This document shows positions 1 through 10,587 of a stretch of 64,000 nucleotides of DNA, piece after piece. Origin of the DNA: Cyanophora paradoxa CCMP329 (taxonomy: Eukaryota > Plantae > Glaucophyta); NCBI GenBank assembly GCA_004431415.1, contig QPMI01000444.1, forward strand, positions 124,001-188,000, read 5' to 3'. Within the stretch, counting starts at the first letter, position 1, and the number at the start of each line of letters is the position of its first letter. The position numbers were made by a program, and so were the translations under genes. Under the pieces are notes generated by a model. It was given only the letters and a program-made list of their open reading frames with translations, did not search any database and was not told where the DNA came from.

Positions 1-74
1 TGAAGGTGAGCGAGCGCGCCTTCATATTGTACTTTTTACCACCTGATGCGAGGGTTAGAGACACGAAAGCCGAC

Positions 75-879
75 TCAAACTGCGCACACACCATCCCCCC
101 AGAGCTGGGCGTAGAGGGCGGCCTCCACCATTGCTGCAACGTGGTTGCAGGCGTCGGTCGCCTCGAGACGCGACCGCTCCAGTTGGTTCAGGCCGAGGAG
201 TGCATTTTGGAAGGCGTCGTTGAGCTCGCACTGAACCTGCGGCCAGGTCATCCGGGCGCGATGCCAGCGGACAGCGAACGTCCGAACCTTAGAGCGGAAT
301 GCTGTCTCATTAGCATCCTGTCCGCGAGATTGCTCGGATGCCATCTTCGCAAGTTTCGCTCGGTTCGAGGCAGATACACACTCCTCGCTGCAGAAGGCCT
401 CGCCGGGTGCTGCCCTCTTCATGCACCCCAAACCCGCGCAGGTGCCCGGGGGCTTCGCGTCTTCGACGTCCCCGCTCGGCGAGGCCCGGCGGGGCTTGCG
501 CCTGGCGGCATCGGATCCTGAGCCGCGCGGAGGTGCGCGTTTCCTGCTGGCGCTGCGCCGGGCGCCTCCGCCGTCCTCTTCGTCGTCTTCTTCCTCGTCG
601 ATGTCGTCCGGCTCATCTGATTCAGCATCCTCATCCTCCTAACCGTGCTAATGTCAGCGATATTAAGCAAAAAAACGAACGCGAGCGGGCTCATGCCTCG
701 GGGTGAAGGTACGCGAAGTCCGCATCAACCTTCGGTTTCGGCCTCCGCTTCGCTTTCTCGCGGTCGCCATCTGTCACACGAATAATGAAAACGACGAACA
801 GCGGTATGATATCCGGCACAATGCGAGAACCGCTGGGACTGACCGGAGCTGGCCCGAGCAGGAACTCCGCCGCTTCCAT
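75..879 (-). CDS. Hypothetical nuclear protein with acidic tract, basic NLS-like segment and a C-x4-C-x10-C-x3-C motif; multi-exon, probably continues past the window start
   Basis: The spliced reading from ATG 879 (MEAAEFLLG) gives EDEDAESDEPDDIDEEEDDEED, then RRKPRR, then CAGLGCMKRAAPGEAFCSEEC. This resembles the Cys motif of Cfp1/CXXC1 and DIDO1-type chromatin proteins. Confidence 0.45.
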
Positions 880-1819
880 CGCACCCCGGACAGAAAAACG
901 TTTCGATCTTCTTAGCTTCGGCGGCGGTGATGCCGACACACTTAGGGTGGAACCTGGCGGAACGGGTTGGCTGCCGGCGTGCGCGACGCCGAGCCGCAGC
1001 GGGACTCTCACCAGTCGTTGCATTTGTCGCATTGAACCATCAGTTCGCCGCGCACATAGGGCCGCTGGCAGAGACAGAACAGCTGCTGCGGCATCCTATC
1101 GGTTTGCTTCGGAAAATGAAAGCTGCACGACCCAGGCGCTCCTACAGTCTCGCCGCGGGCCTCCTACAGTCTCGCCGCACGACGAGCTGCGAAAGAAGCA
1201 GAACGCGGGGCTGCTGGCGTGGTTGCCCTGTACCCCGTCGTGAAAAAAGTGCCCTCGACTAGCGCTGTCCGTACGCCCCCGTCGCTCCCCCGAGCGCTGA
1301 AATCTGACGTGCGCTTGTTTATGCCTCCCGCACTGCGGCAGCTCTGGTGGAGAAGGTGCTGTGCAGCTGAGGCTGTAGCTGTACGATCTGCGATTACGAT
1401 CGTAATTAATTGGGGCGTCTCATCAGCTTTGATCTGCGATTACGATCGTAATTGGGGCGCATGCGTTTCAGTTGCAAGGGCCGCTTAGCTTCTCCGCTTT
1501 CGAGCTAGCTGCCGCCCGGCGGGCCGCTTAGCTTCTCCCGAGTCCGCTTTCGGGCTTCCGCTAGCGCCGCTAGGCCGCGCGCGGACCCGCGGTTCTCCGC
1601 TTTCGAGCTGCACCCCCCGTTACGGTGTAACTTCGTTCAACGTATACGTATACGGCGTACGTATACGTATACGAATTACGATCACATATCGATCTAGAAT
1701 TACGATCAGAACCACGGTTGCGGCTAAGAGGCCTAAGAGGCCCAGGCCGCGTTTGTTCAATTGCAAAGCGCTGGCCCGAGCGCCGGTCTGACGTACGCTT
1801 GGTTGCAGTGATCTCTCCG

Positions 1820-4055
1820 ATGTCCGAAGGCGCCGGCACAACCTGGGCCCTCGCGTGAGTGTTGCGGCATACAAGGTGGTCCGGCATGATGCTCTAACAC
1901 AAGGCTAGGCTTCATGGGGGCGCGGGAGTCATCCATAAAACACTGGACGCGGAGCGCCGCGAAGAGTACGAACAAGAGCTCGCTCGCGCTCTTAACGTTG
2001 GCATCCGCGTGTTGCGTGGAAGCGGCACGGCGCTCGATGCAGTCGAGGAAGTCGTAAAAGCTCTGGAAGATTGCCCGCTGTGAGCTTTCGGGTTTTTTTT
2101 GAAAAGATAATGAAGCATCCGGACTGACGCTCGAATTTAGTTTTAATGCTGGACGCGGTGAGAGCCAATTTGCCGCCACTTGTATTAGAAGCTAAATAAA
2201 AAACAGGCTCCGTATTCACACATTCTGGATCCATTGAACTGGAGGCCAGCATCATGGACGGCAGGACGCTTCGAATTGGCGCAGTAGCACAGCTGACCAC
2301 CATCAAAAATCCCGTCTCACTTGCAAGGTTAGTCTCTCAAATCTGTGTTCAGCGTAGCAGGACCCCAAGTTGCGGGAACTAGGGATATAATCTGACCCCA
2401 AGTTGCGGGAACAGCTTCGACCGTACCACAGAACTAGTACTATATATAGCTAGTCGTGGACGTGTGCACACTTCTAGATCTGCTTTCCGCTTTCGAGCTT
2501 CCTCTTCCGCTTTCGAACTTAATCGTAATCGTAATCGTAATCGTAATCGTAATTAGCGCCTCGTAGACTTTATTATAAGTTCTAGAGAGGGACAGGGGAA
2601 GTGTTTTTCCCCTCCGAAGCGAAGGCACGGTGGCATGGCAAACACGCGTGCTAAATTTCGATTACGATTACGAGCGTCATTACATGTACAGCTTCCCAGG
2701 CTGTGATTACAGCAGCAGTGGCGAGTACAGGAGTGCTTTTTCTTGAAGCTGAAACACTGATCAATCCCCGTTTCCAGAAAATTGCTGGAAAAGCACATTT
2801 TTACGGAGACTGTACGTGATATCGATATCCGAGATCGAGTTTTTTGAACTGACTGAACACGGTCAGACCTTTCTGGCAGGAGATGCTGCTGAAAAATATG
2901 CGGATTCGCAACCTTCAATTCAACGAGTGCCTCCAACGTATTTCGCAACCCAACGAAGATATGATGATCTTGGTGTCGCTAACATCTTTCTTGAAATCGC
3001 TCAGCTTGCTGCTGAACCCCGAGGCAGTTGCTCAGCTTGCTCGAGATTCAGCTTCTGCAGACGAGGACCGTGCACCCATTAGCCCACAACCGCTGATGTT
3101 CACGCGTGACCCTGATGGTGCTTCATTCCCCGAAGCAAACGTAGACAGTTGAATCAGCTTTCTCTGATTTTTAGAACAGTTGTGGATTCTAGGGATCTGG
3201 AAGAGCTTGCAGACCGTCTGAAGCAAGTCGCCGCTGCACAATCGGAGGGCCAAGAACAGATGAATTCAGTACCTGGCAGGTCTGTGGGTACACTCACATG
3301 GGCTGCTCAGGTGCATTTTGATCTGTGGGTACACTCACATGGGCTGCTTACATGACCGAAGGCAGAATTGATCGATCAAGGCGCACAAGCAACAGTCGCG
3401 TTTGGAGATGCTTGCACATCAATGGGCGAAACCATGGCTCCCCGTCGTGAGAAGGCGACCGGAACAGACCCTGCTTTCGAAAGTGAGTGATATTTTTTCT
3501 CTTTCTGTGAATCTCGCATTAATGAAGTGTTTTGCCAGCCGGGACGGTCGGCTGCGTTGCTCTCGATGCATACGGGAATATTGCAGCTGCTACTTCAACG
3601 GGCGGCAGGACAAACAAAATGGCTGGGCGGATTGGCGACACCCCGATTATAGGAGCTGGAACCTTTGCAAAGAACGGCACATGTGCAGTATCGGGGACCG
3701 GGAAGGGCGAGGAGTTCCAGCGGCACCTTGTAGCGCATTCGATATCAGCAGCAATTGAATATGGCCGAATGAGCTTGCAGGAGGCCGCAGAGCACGTTGT
3801 GTTCAAGATTTTGCAGGTGCGTGGCCAAACTTGGTGACCCGTCTTCCAATCTGAGCTGTAACTTCAATTTGTATTAGCCGGGTGATGGGGGGGTCATTGC
3901 TCTGGACATACATGGTAACATCGTAATGCCATGTACGTTGAAGGCTGCCTCTTGCTTCAAGGCTGCCTCTTGACTCCCTTGCAGTTAATTCAGTTGGAAT
4001 GTTCAGGGCGGCGGCCGATTCGCAAGGAAGGCACGAGGTTGCCATCTGGGATTGA
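1820..4055 (+). CDS. ASRGL1: Isoaspartyl peptidase / L-asparaginase (plant-type, Ntn hydrolase), multi-exon
   Basis: Exons encode [50 protein letters not shown], the catalytic [17 protein letters not shown] and [15 protein letters not shown], ending HEVAIWD-stop. Confidence 0.93.
2521..2553. repeat. (ATCGTA)n hexamer microsatellite inside an unusually long asparaginase intron
   Basis: aatcgtaatcgtaatcgtaatcgtaatcgtaat is read directly from the sequence. Confidence 0.9.
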
Positions 4056-4062
4056 GTGAATA

Positions 4063-4110
4063 GCATTTGGACACGAATTCAAACCGCAAGTCCGGGCTAC
4101 AAGTGTGGGA
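4063..4110 (+). repeat. 48-bp dispersed repeat, copy 1 (perfect inverted copy at 8906-8953)
   Basis: gcatttggacacgaattcaaaccgcaagtccgggctacaagtgtggga is the exact reverse complement of 8906-8953. Confidence 0.9.
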
Positions 4111-4820
4111 ATGTACACGTGCACTGCGGCCGCTGCGGCCGCGGTCCCAGCCGGTAGCGGTCTGGCCCTGCGTGGCCCCCTGAGTAGAGTAATGCGCCTC
4201 CCCGCGAGCACTAGCTAGGATTTCGACAAGAATTTCGATTTCGCTGCCGCTGCGGCGCGCCTTTTTCAATTTTGAACGAGGCAGAAGCCAAGGGAGGGTA
4301 CAGGCACGCCGCCTCATGCCCCTATAGCTTTCGCACTTTCTTAGCTACAGCGTCTGTGAGCTGGAATTGCTAGCTATAACACGCAGGCTATAGGAGGGAT
4401 CACGCCGGGCCGCTAGCGCTAACGCTTGTTCAGCAGCTCCAGCTAAACGTGGGGGTACCGTAAAACCAGCATCACCGCATCACAGCTGCTTTAATTTACG
4501 CGCTTCACGTAGCTGCAGCATCCTCGGCACAGCGGAGGTTTGCGCGCGCACCGCGGCCCCAGTTAACGTTTTTCCTGCCCCGCCGCGTTACATTTCTCGC
4601 AGGAACATCACGCTTCGGAAGGCCTCGGGTGCGGACGACGCCGACGGGAAAACCCCTCCGCTGGAGGTCGCGGCCGTCGACGTCCCGGCACGAGCTCGAG
4701 CCCCGGCCCCGGACCCCGCACCGGATCCGGACCCTGAGGCGCCCGGCTCCTCGTCGGCGGCCCCGCCACCGGCGAAGAGGCAGCGCCTGCAGCTTTAGCT
4801 GTAGCTAGCTAGCTCCGCGA

Positions 4821-5032
4821 GCTAGCTCTCCCTCCGGTTGGTTGACCACCAACCTCTTCCGCCCACAGTCCTGTGCGGCGCCGGTTAGCGCGTAGACCGG
4901 ATAGAGGGGCTCCGTTCCCCAGGACTCACGCCCTTTGTTCACAGCGTCGAAGTCGTGCGCATGCCATACGTGTAGTGTGTGCTGTACATGTACCCGTAGA
5001 CGCGTGTCACAGGCCGTGTTTGTTCAATTGCA
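4821..5032. mobile_element. 212-bp dispersed element, copy 1 (putative non-autonomous transposon; Helitron-like hairpin plus CTAG end on the - strand)
   Basis: Reverse complement of 19945-20156 with about 3 substitutions; non-coding, with several hairpins. Confidence 0.65.
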
Positions 5033-5076
5033 ACACGCAGGCAACACGCCCGCGGCGCCGTTCGCGGAGGAGTTGG

Positions 5077-8000
5077 ATGGCAGGAGAGCTCAGATCGACG
5101 GCAACGCGTCGAACGCGTCAGATCTTCCTGCTCGTGCTCGTCACCGCGTTAACGGGTGTGGCAGCTAGCGCTTCGGTGGCGGTCGTGGATGGCGGGCGTG
5201 TCGTGCGAAGGATAGAAGTAGCGAGTCTTTCTTCTGTAGCCTCGATTCTCGGATTCTTGCCCGATTCGTACTATCTGCCGAGCGGGGCGCCATACGATGC
5301 CACGACGGGTGTGATCCCCCCAACGCTGTACGTGATCCGGCCGCAGTCCGCGAGCGAGTGCGTTGTATCGTAATGTATGCGCGCTCGAATCTGACGCGTC
5401 GCACGCAGTGGCGGCACTGCAGGGAGTCCGCCTCCAGCCCGTTCGCAAGCTCCGCAGACACAGTCGCCGGCGCATGCGCAGCAAGGGCAGTATACGCAGC
5501 AGGCTCAGCCAGCGCATCAGGCGCCTAGTACAGCAAGCGCCCCGGCCCGCCCTGCAGGGGCGCCAGCTGGACCGCAGGCGGGAACCCCTGACCTCCCAAC
5601 ATTCCTGACCGACTTGGAGTCCGTCATCGCGAGCTGGCCTAATCTTGATCCGATGATGATCCAGGTCCGAGTTGGAGCTTGAAACCACCTGAGCGCACAC
5701 TTATTTATGAATTGTGCAGAAATATGGGCATCTTGCTCCGAGAATGATTCAGCTACTCAGCGAGCTTCAGGTGCGAAGGCCTGCGGACTTGGTTTGGATG
5801 CTTCTGCCTTTAACGCTTGACCGATAGCGGAGGATACAGCCATCACGAACTGTGACCCATGCCCCGGACAGTGTCTCACAGTCGGACAAGGACCTCGCTG
5901 CTAATCACACTCTGGTGCGGTAAATAGAATCGAGAAATTCCTCTGTTCTCACAAGAAATCATGCAGCTTGGAATACAATATGCTGGGAGTGATAACATGG
6001 ACCTCGCCATCAAGCACTTTCAGCAGGCGGCGCAACTGGATCCTTCCGAATCTGTAAATTTCTACTATTTAGGCCAGTGCGCTCAAATGAAGGTGGGTAA
6101 GAGTTTGAATCCACTTGTCTCAGCCACAAACGTGGACGTTCTGCAGAATGATGTTGAGGGAGCTGTTCAGCTATTTCACAAAGCGCTGGAACTCAACCCG
6201 AATCATGGAGACGTTCTCCAGCGGTCCGACTCGCCTTTGATCTGCAAGTTTTAGCCCCCTCAACGCTCCGAACAGGTTGTCAAATCTCTACCTACAGAAG
6301 CACCTCCCAGAGCCTGCTCAACAAATGGTTTCTGTTGCTTCCCAGGTGCAAGGACTGCAGACCCGTGTGTGCATACCTCACACAATGCCGCAGCTGAAAG
6401 ATGATGACCCCGATCTCTGGAATGCTGTGGGCTTGTCGTACCAACGGGAAGTGAAATTCTACGCTGCGCGAGCTGCTTTTAAGATTGCTGCCGAAATCAA
6501 ACCCATGGGCGAATATTTTTTCAACATGGCTCTTGCCGAAATGGATCTGAAGGAGTTCGTAAATGCAGGTAAACACAAACCGTATTATTGCTAACAAATG
6601 CCCTTCCGTGGTCTGATCGTTCGTGTTCCAGTTGGGCATTTTCGCAGGGCTTCCATAATTGCCACCCATGATTGGCTCCGGCGGCTTGCCCTGACGCGCC
6701 TCTGCGAGAGCTCTCACAAACTGTGCGAATGGAGAGATTTCTATACAAATCTATATGCTCTTCAGGTGAGGCCTGGGTTGCCCATGCGAAACGAGCAGAT
6801 CACAGTCTAATGCCATCATACCATGCAGGACTCCGTCACTCAGTATGTTGGCGAGGCTTACAGCGAACATCGCATGTGGCTCATTGAGCCCCTTTTCTCC
6901 TTGAGTGTGCCATGGGTTGGGATGCACAATGCATCATACATTCGCAAGGTTTGTAAACCCCTCTGCATCTTATGACTGCATTTAAACCTGTACAGGGAGT
7001 GGCGATGAGGAAATCGAAAGGCATCTACGAGCAGACGATGGCGAGCGTTCCCATCAGGCTGCGGCATGAGCCCTGGGCATTTCCAAAGCGTGTGAAGATC
7101 GCATATGTGTCTGCGGGCATTGGGAATCACGTGTCAGGCATCTTCTTGCAGGTAATGGATAACCCCGTTTGCGTTGGATCGGCGTGCCTGGAATGATTCG
7201 AGCACAGAGCGCCATCGGCTTGCATTCACGGCGAGAGTTCGAGATTTATGTGTACAACCAGCATGTCGAGCAGAACAACTACATCAAACGCCAGGTTTCT
7301 GACACCCGCACGGTTTTGCTTTTCTTGACTTTGGCCCCAGATTGCAAGCGAGTGTGATCACTACATAAGCGTTTATGGGGTTCACTTCCTGGAAATCGCA
7401 AAGAGAATTAATGCGGATGGAATCCACATCGTGGTTTATTTGGATCCGCACACCACGGGCGAAAAGCTGGATATCCTCGCCATGAAACCTGCGCCTATCA
7501 ATCTTCATTACTTTGGATACCCTGGTGAAAACTTCCTCCTGCAACAGAGCTCTTGCTGGCCGTAATCACATGCATGCAGGAACAACAGGGGCATCATACG
7601 TGGAATACATGATCACTGACCACGTTGTGGTATCACCAGAATACTCTTTTGAGATGACGGAGAAGCTCATGGTTCAGCCAGCTCCTTTCTCCTACCAGGC
7701 TCGCACCTATCCCTTTTGTCATGTACAGCGCGTACTCACACAGCTTCAAACTTTTTGTAGGTGAACAACCATCGGCAGATTCTGCAGAACTACGAGATCA
7801 AAGCATCGAGCAGAGAGCAGCAGAATCTCCCGGATGATGCTATCGTATTCAACGTATTCAACCAGCTTCACAAAGTGCGGCTGACGAGATTGACCACTTG
7901 CTTTGGAAGACTCACCCTTGACAGGTCACACCCGGCATCTTCAACATTTGGACCAATATTTTACGGCTGGTCCCCAACGGCATGCTCTGGATGTACCATC

Positions 8001-8654
8001 ATTCAGAGGCAGAGGCTTTCATTGGCAAGGAGGTAGAGGCTGCTGGGCTCCAGCCTTCAAAAAAGATAGGCTATGCGAGTTCCTCACAACACATCGAGCA
8101 GCTGGGTCGTCTGCAGGTGGTTTTGTGTATTCTGCCTGGTCGGGTTCTGAGAGGTTAACCGCCTTTCTAACAGCTCGCGGACATCTTCCTCGATACTCCC
8201 GTCTACCAGGCGCATACAACACTGACGGTTGGTCCTCTTCTTTCGCGAATCATGAGACTGGCTTGATCAGCATGCAGGACGTTCTATTCTGTGGGGTTCC
8301 GCCTGTTGTGATGCAAGGCGAGCACATGGCCTCCAGGGCAAGTTATCCTGCCAATATCTGCTTTTCAGTTCCCTCAAGTTTATGAATCTCCAGGTTGCTG
8401 GAGGACTTTTGCTTGCAGATGATGTGTCCGAGTTGGCTGTGACGAGTGCCAAGCAGTATGAGGACATGGCAATCCTTCTGGCCCGCAACCCAGACCGCCT
8501 CCATCATCTGAAGCGATTCCTCAGGCAAAACCGCCTAACATCATCACTTTTCGATACAGCTGGCTGGATATCCAACTCCGAAACGGGCTTCAAAATGATG
8601 TGGGATCTGTATATTCAAGGGATGCCAGTGCATCACATAATTATACACCGATAG
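5077..8654 (+). CDS. TPR-containing GT41 O-GlcNAc transferase-like protein (OGT/SEC type) with N-terminal hydrophobic signal/anchor, multi-exon
   Basis: TPRs (LGIQYA...AIKHFQQAAQLDP) are followed by VKIAYVSAGIGNH, LAMKPAPINLHYFGYPGTTGASYVEYMITD, NLPDDAIVFNVFNQLHK, LADIFLDTP..AHTT..DVLFCGVP and EHMASRVAGGLL, all matching the OGT catalytic lobes. Confidence 0.88.
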
Positions 8655-8905
8655 CTCTAATAGCTTGACAGATATGTATGACAGAATGTATGAACTTAGT
8701 AACAGTTAACCGGAGCTAAACTTTGCAATTGGCTACGGGCTACGCAATCGGGCTCTTTGATTTCGGAGCTCGATTTTGCAATTGAATGCACGTGAACGGT
8801 ATTGCTACCTGCATCAAAGACCTAGACTTTGAGGCACTCGCCGTGCCGGCACTATAGGTAGAGCACGCAAGGGAGGGCCAAAATCTGAGGAGGCTGCAGT
8901 GTACA

Positions 8906-8953
8906 TCCCACACTTGTAGCCCGGACTTGCGGTTTGAATTCGTGTCCAAATGC
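8906..8953 (-). repeat. 48-bp dispersed repeat, copy 2
   Basis: Exact reverse complement of 4063-4110. Confidence 0.9.
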
Positions 8954-9037
8954 GAGACACCAAAGCCACCCATCCGCCAGATCGAGTGATTGAGCCTTGT
9001 TGCATAATACACAGAAAGACTATACAAAGAGAAACCC

Positions 9038-10247
9038 CTACAAAAAGTAGTCGGGGGCAGGTCGCTGCAAGGAAACGTCAGACAAAGGAGATCAGCAAAG
9101 TTCAAGAAAGAGATGAACAGACCTTGCTGGGCATTCCTCGCGACTGACGATAAGCAAGAGGCAGTTAGAGAGGCACAAAATTGACAGGACAAAGCACGGG
9201 GGCCAACCTCTTGTGGTGCCGCATCGAATATCTGGAAGAGTGGGTCAACATGGGGTGGCACACGCAGCGACACAACAGATCAACAGATCCGCATGCACCT
9301 TGAAGTTCTTATTTAAATGCTCATCCAGCTCTAGAATCGCAGCAACGTTTCCACAGCGGTAGCAGTAGTTTGGTGCAGACCAAACAGTGACAAGAGTCTC
9401 GTTGAACATGTGTTTATATCCCTCCATGACCAGCTGATGTGCCCTGCATATGAGATCGATCTTGTTCGTAGAGTTGAATTGCGCAACGACATCTCCGCCG
9501 AACAAATAACCAGCCCCACGGGGGCTAAGACCCCAGCCATCGATGTCCTCCGGGTCACTCCACATCAAGTCTGCGAGCAGGCATTCGAGCAGATTCCTGC
9601 TGCATGCAGGGCAAAGCACGCACCACACATTGCACCATCGTGAGGCACCTCCTGCTTCCGGTCGATCGTGCGTATTTGATCGAGTGTGTTGATGGACGGC
9701 GAGAGGCCCCCGTGCACGGCGAAGATCCGCCCTTCTATCAAGGCGGAGAGCGACAAGTAGTCGAAGATCTCTGTGCAGTAGCGCCACACATTGACCGAGC
9801 CGTACTTGCGCAGGCATTCGTCGTAGAAGCCGTACACTTGTGTGATTTGCCGCGACTCGTGGTTCCCGCGGATGAGCGTAATCCGGTCTGGGTATCTCAC
9901 TTTGAGCGCTAGCAACAGCAGGAATGTCTCAACGCTGTAGAAGCCGCGGTCCACGAAGTCGCCCATAAACAGGTAGTTCGTGTCCGGGCAGTCGCCGCCC
10001 ACTTTGAAGAGCTCCTTCAGGTCGTAGAACTGGCCGTGAATGTCCCCGCATATAGTAACTGGCGCGTCGACGTGCTGCACGTTGCTCTCGTCGACCAGGA
10101 TCTCGCGAGCCTTAGCGCACAGCGCCCTGCGAGAGGGTTCGCCTGGAGCGCAGAGGACGCGCGCGGGCGCGCTCACTTTACTTCGCACTCTCGGATCGTT
10201 TCGCATTTCTTCAGCGTTTCTATCGCCCGGTCTAGGTCGCTCGACAT
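9038..10247 (-). CDS. PPP4C: Serine/threonine protein phosphatase 4 catalytic subunit (PP2A family), multi-exon
   Basis: Begins [10 protein letters not shown] and contains [35 protein letters not shown] and [11 protein letters not shown], with C-terminal APDYFL. Confidence 0.93.
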
Positions 10248-10587
10248 GGCCGCCGCCGATCCAGACGAGCCGCAACTGCGGGCAAGCTGTAGCGGAGCTA
10301 AAACTTCGACCTCGGCTGGTAGCTACGACTGTGGCTGAACCGCGGTGCAGTTCGATTTGCTCAACTGTATACCCCCACTCAGATTGACCCCTATCGAGCA
10401 GAATCGACATCAGCGAGCTCCGGGCTTCGGCCCATCTCTGTTCACGGCCGCCTGCTCGGCGTGCTCGGCCCACTCTTTAGGCAACGTGTAGGCAACCCTG
10501 GCTCGGAAGCGTGCAGCATCGTCGTGCGCCCACGTGCGAATTCTTGCGCCAGCCTGCGGTTAGAGTTCCTGTCAATTGCTCGTCGCC

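Noticed and set aside
4873-5032. Shared peptide MRRRLARRPDRGAPFPRTHALC in two ORFs (also 19844-20104)
   Set aside because: It is a translation of the 212-bp repeat from a GTG start, with no evidence that it is a real protein.
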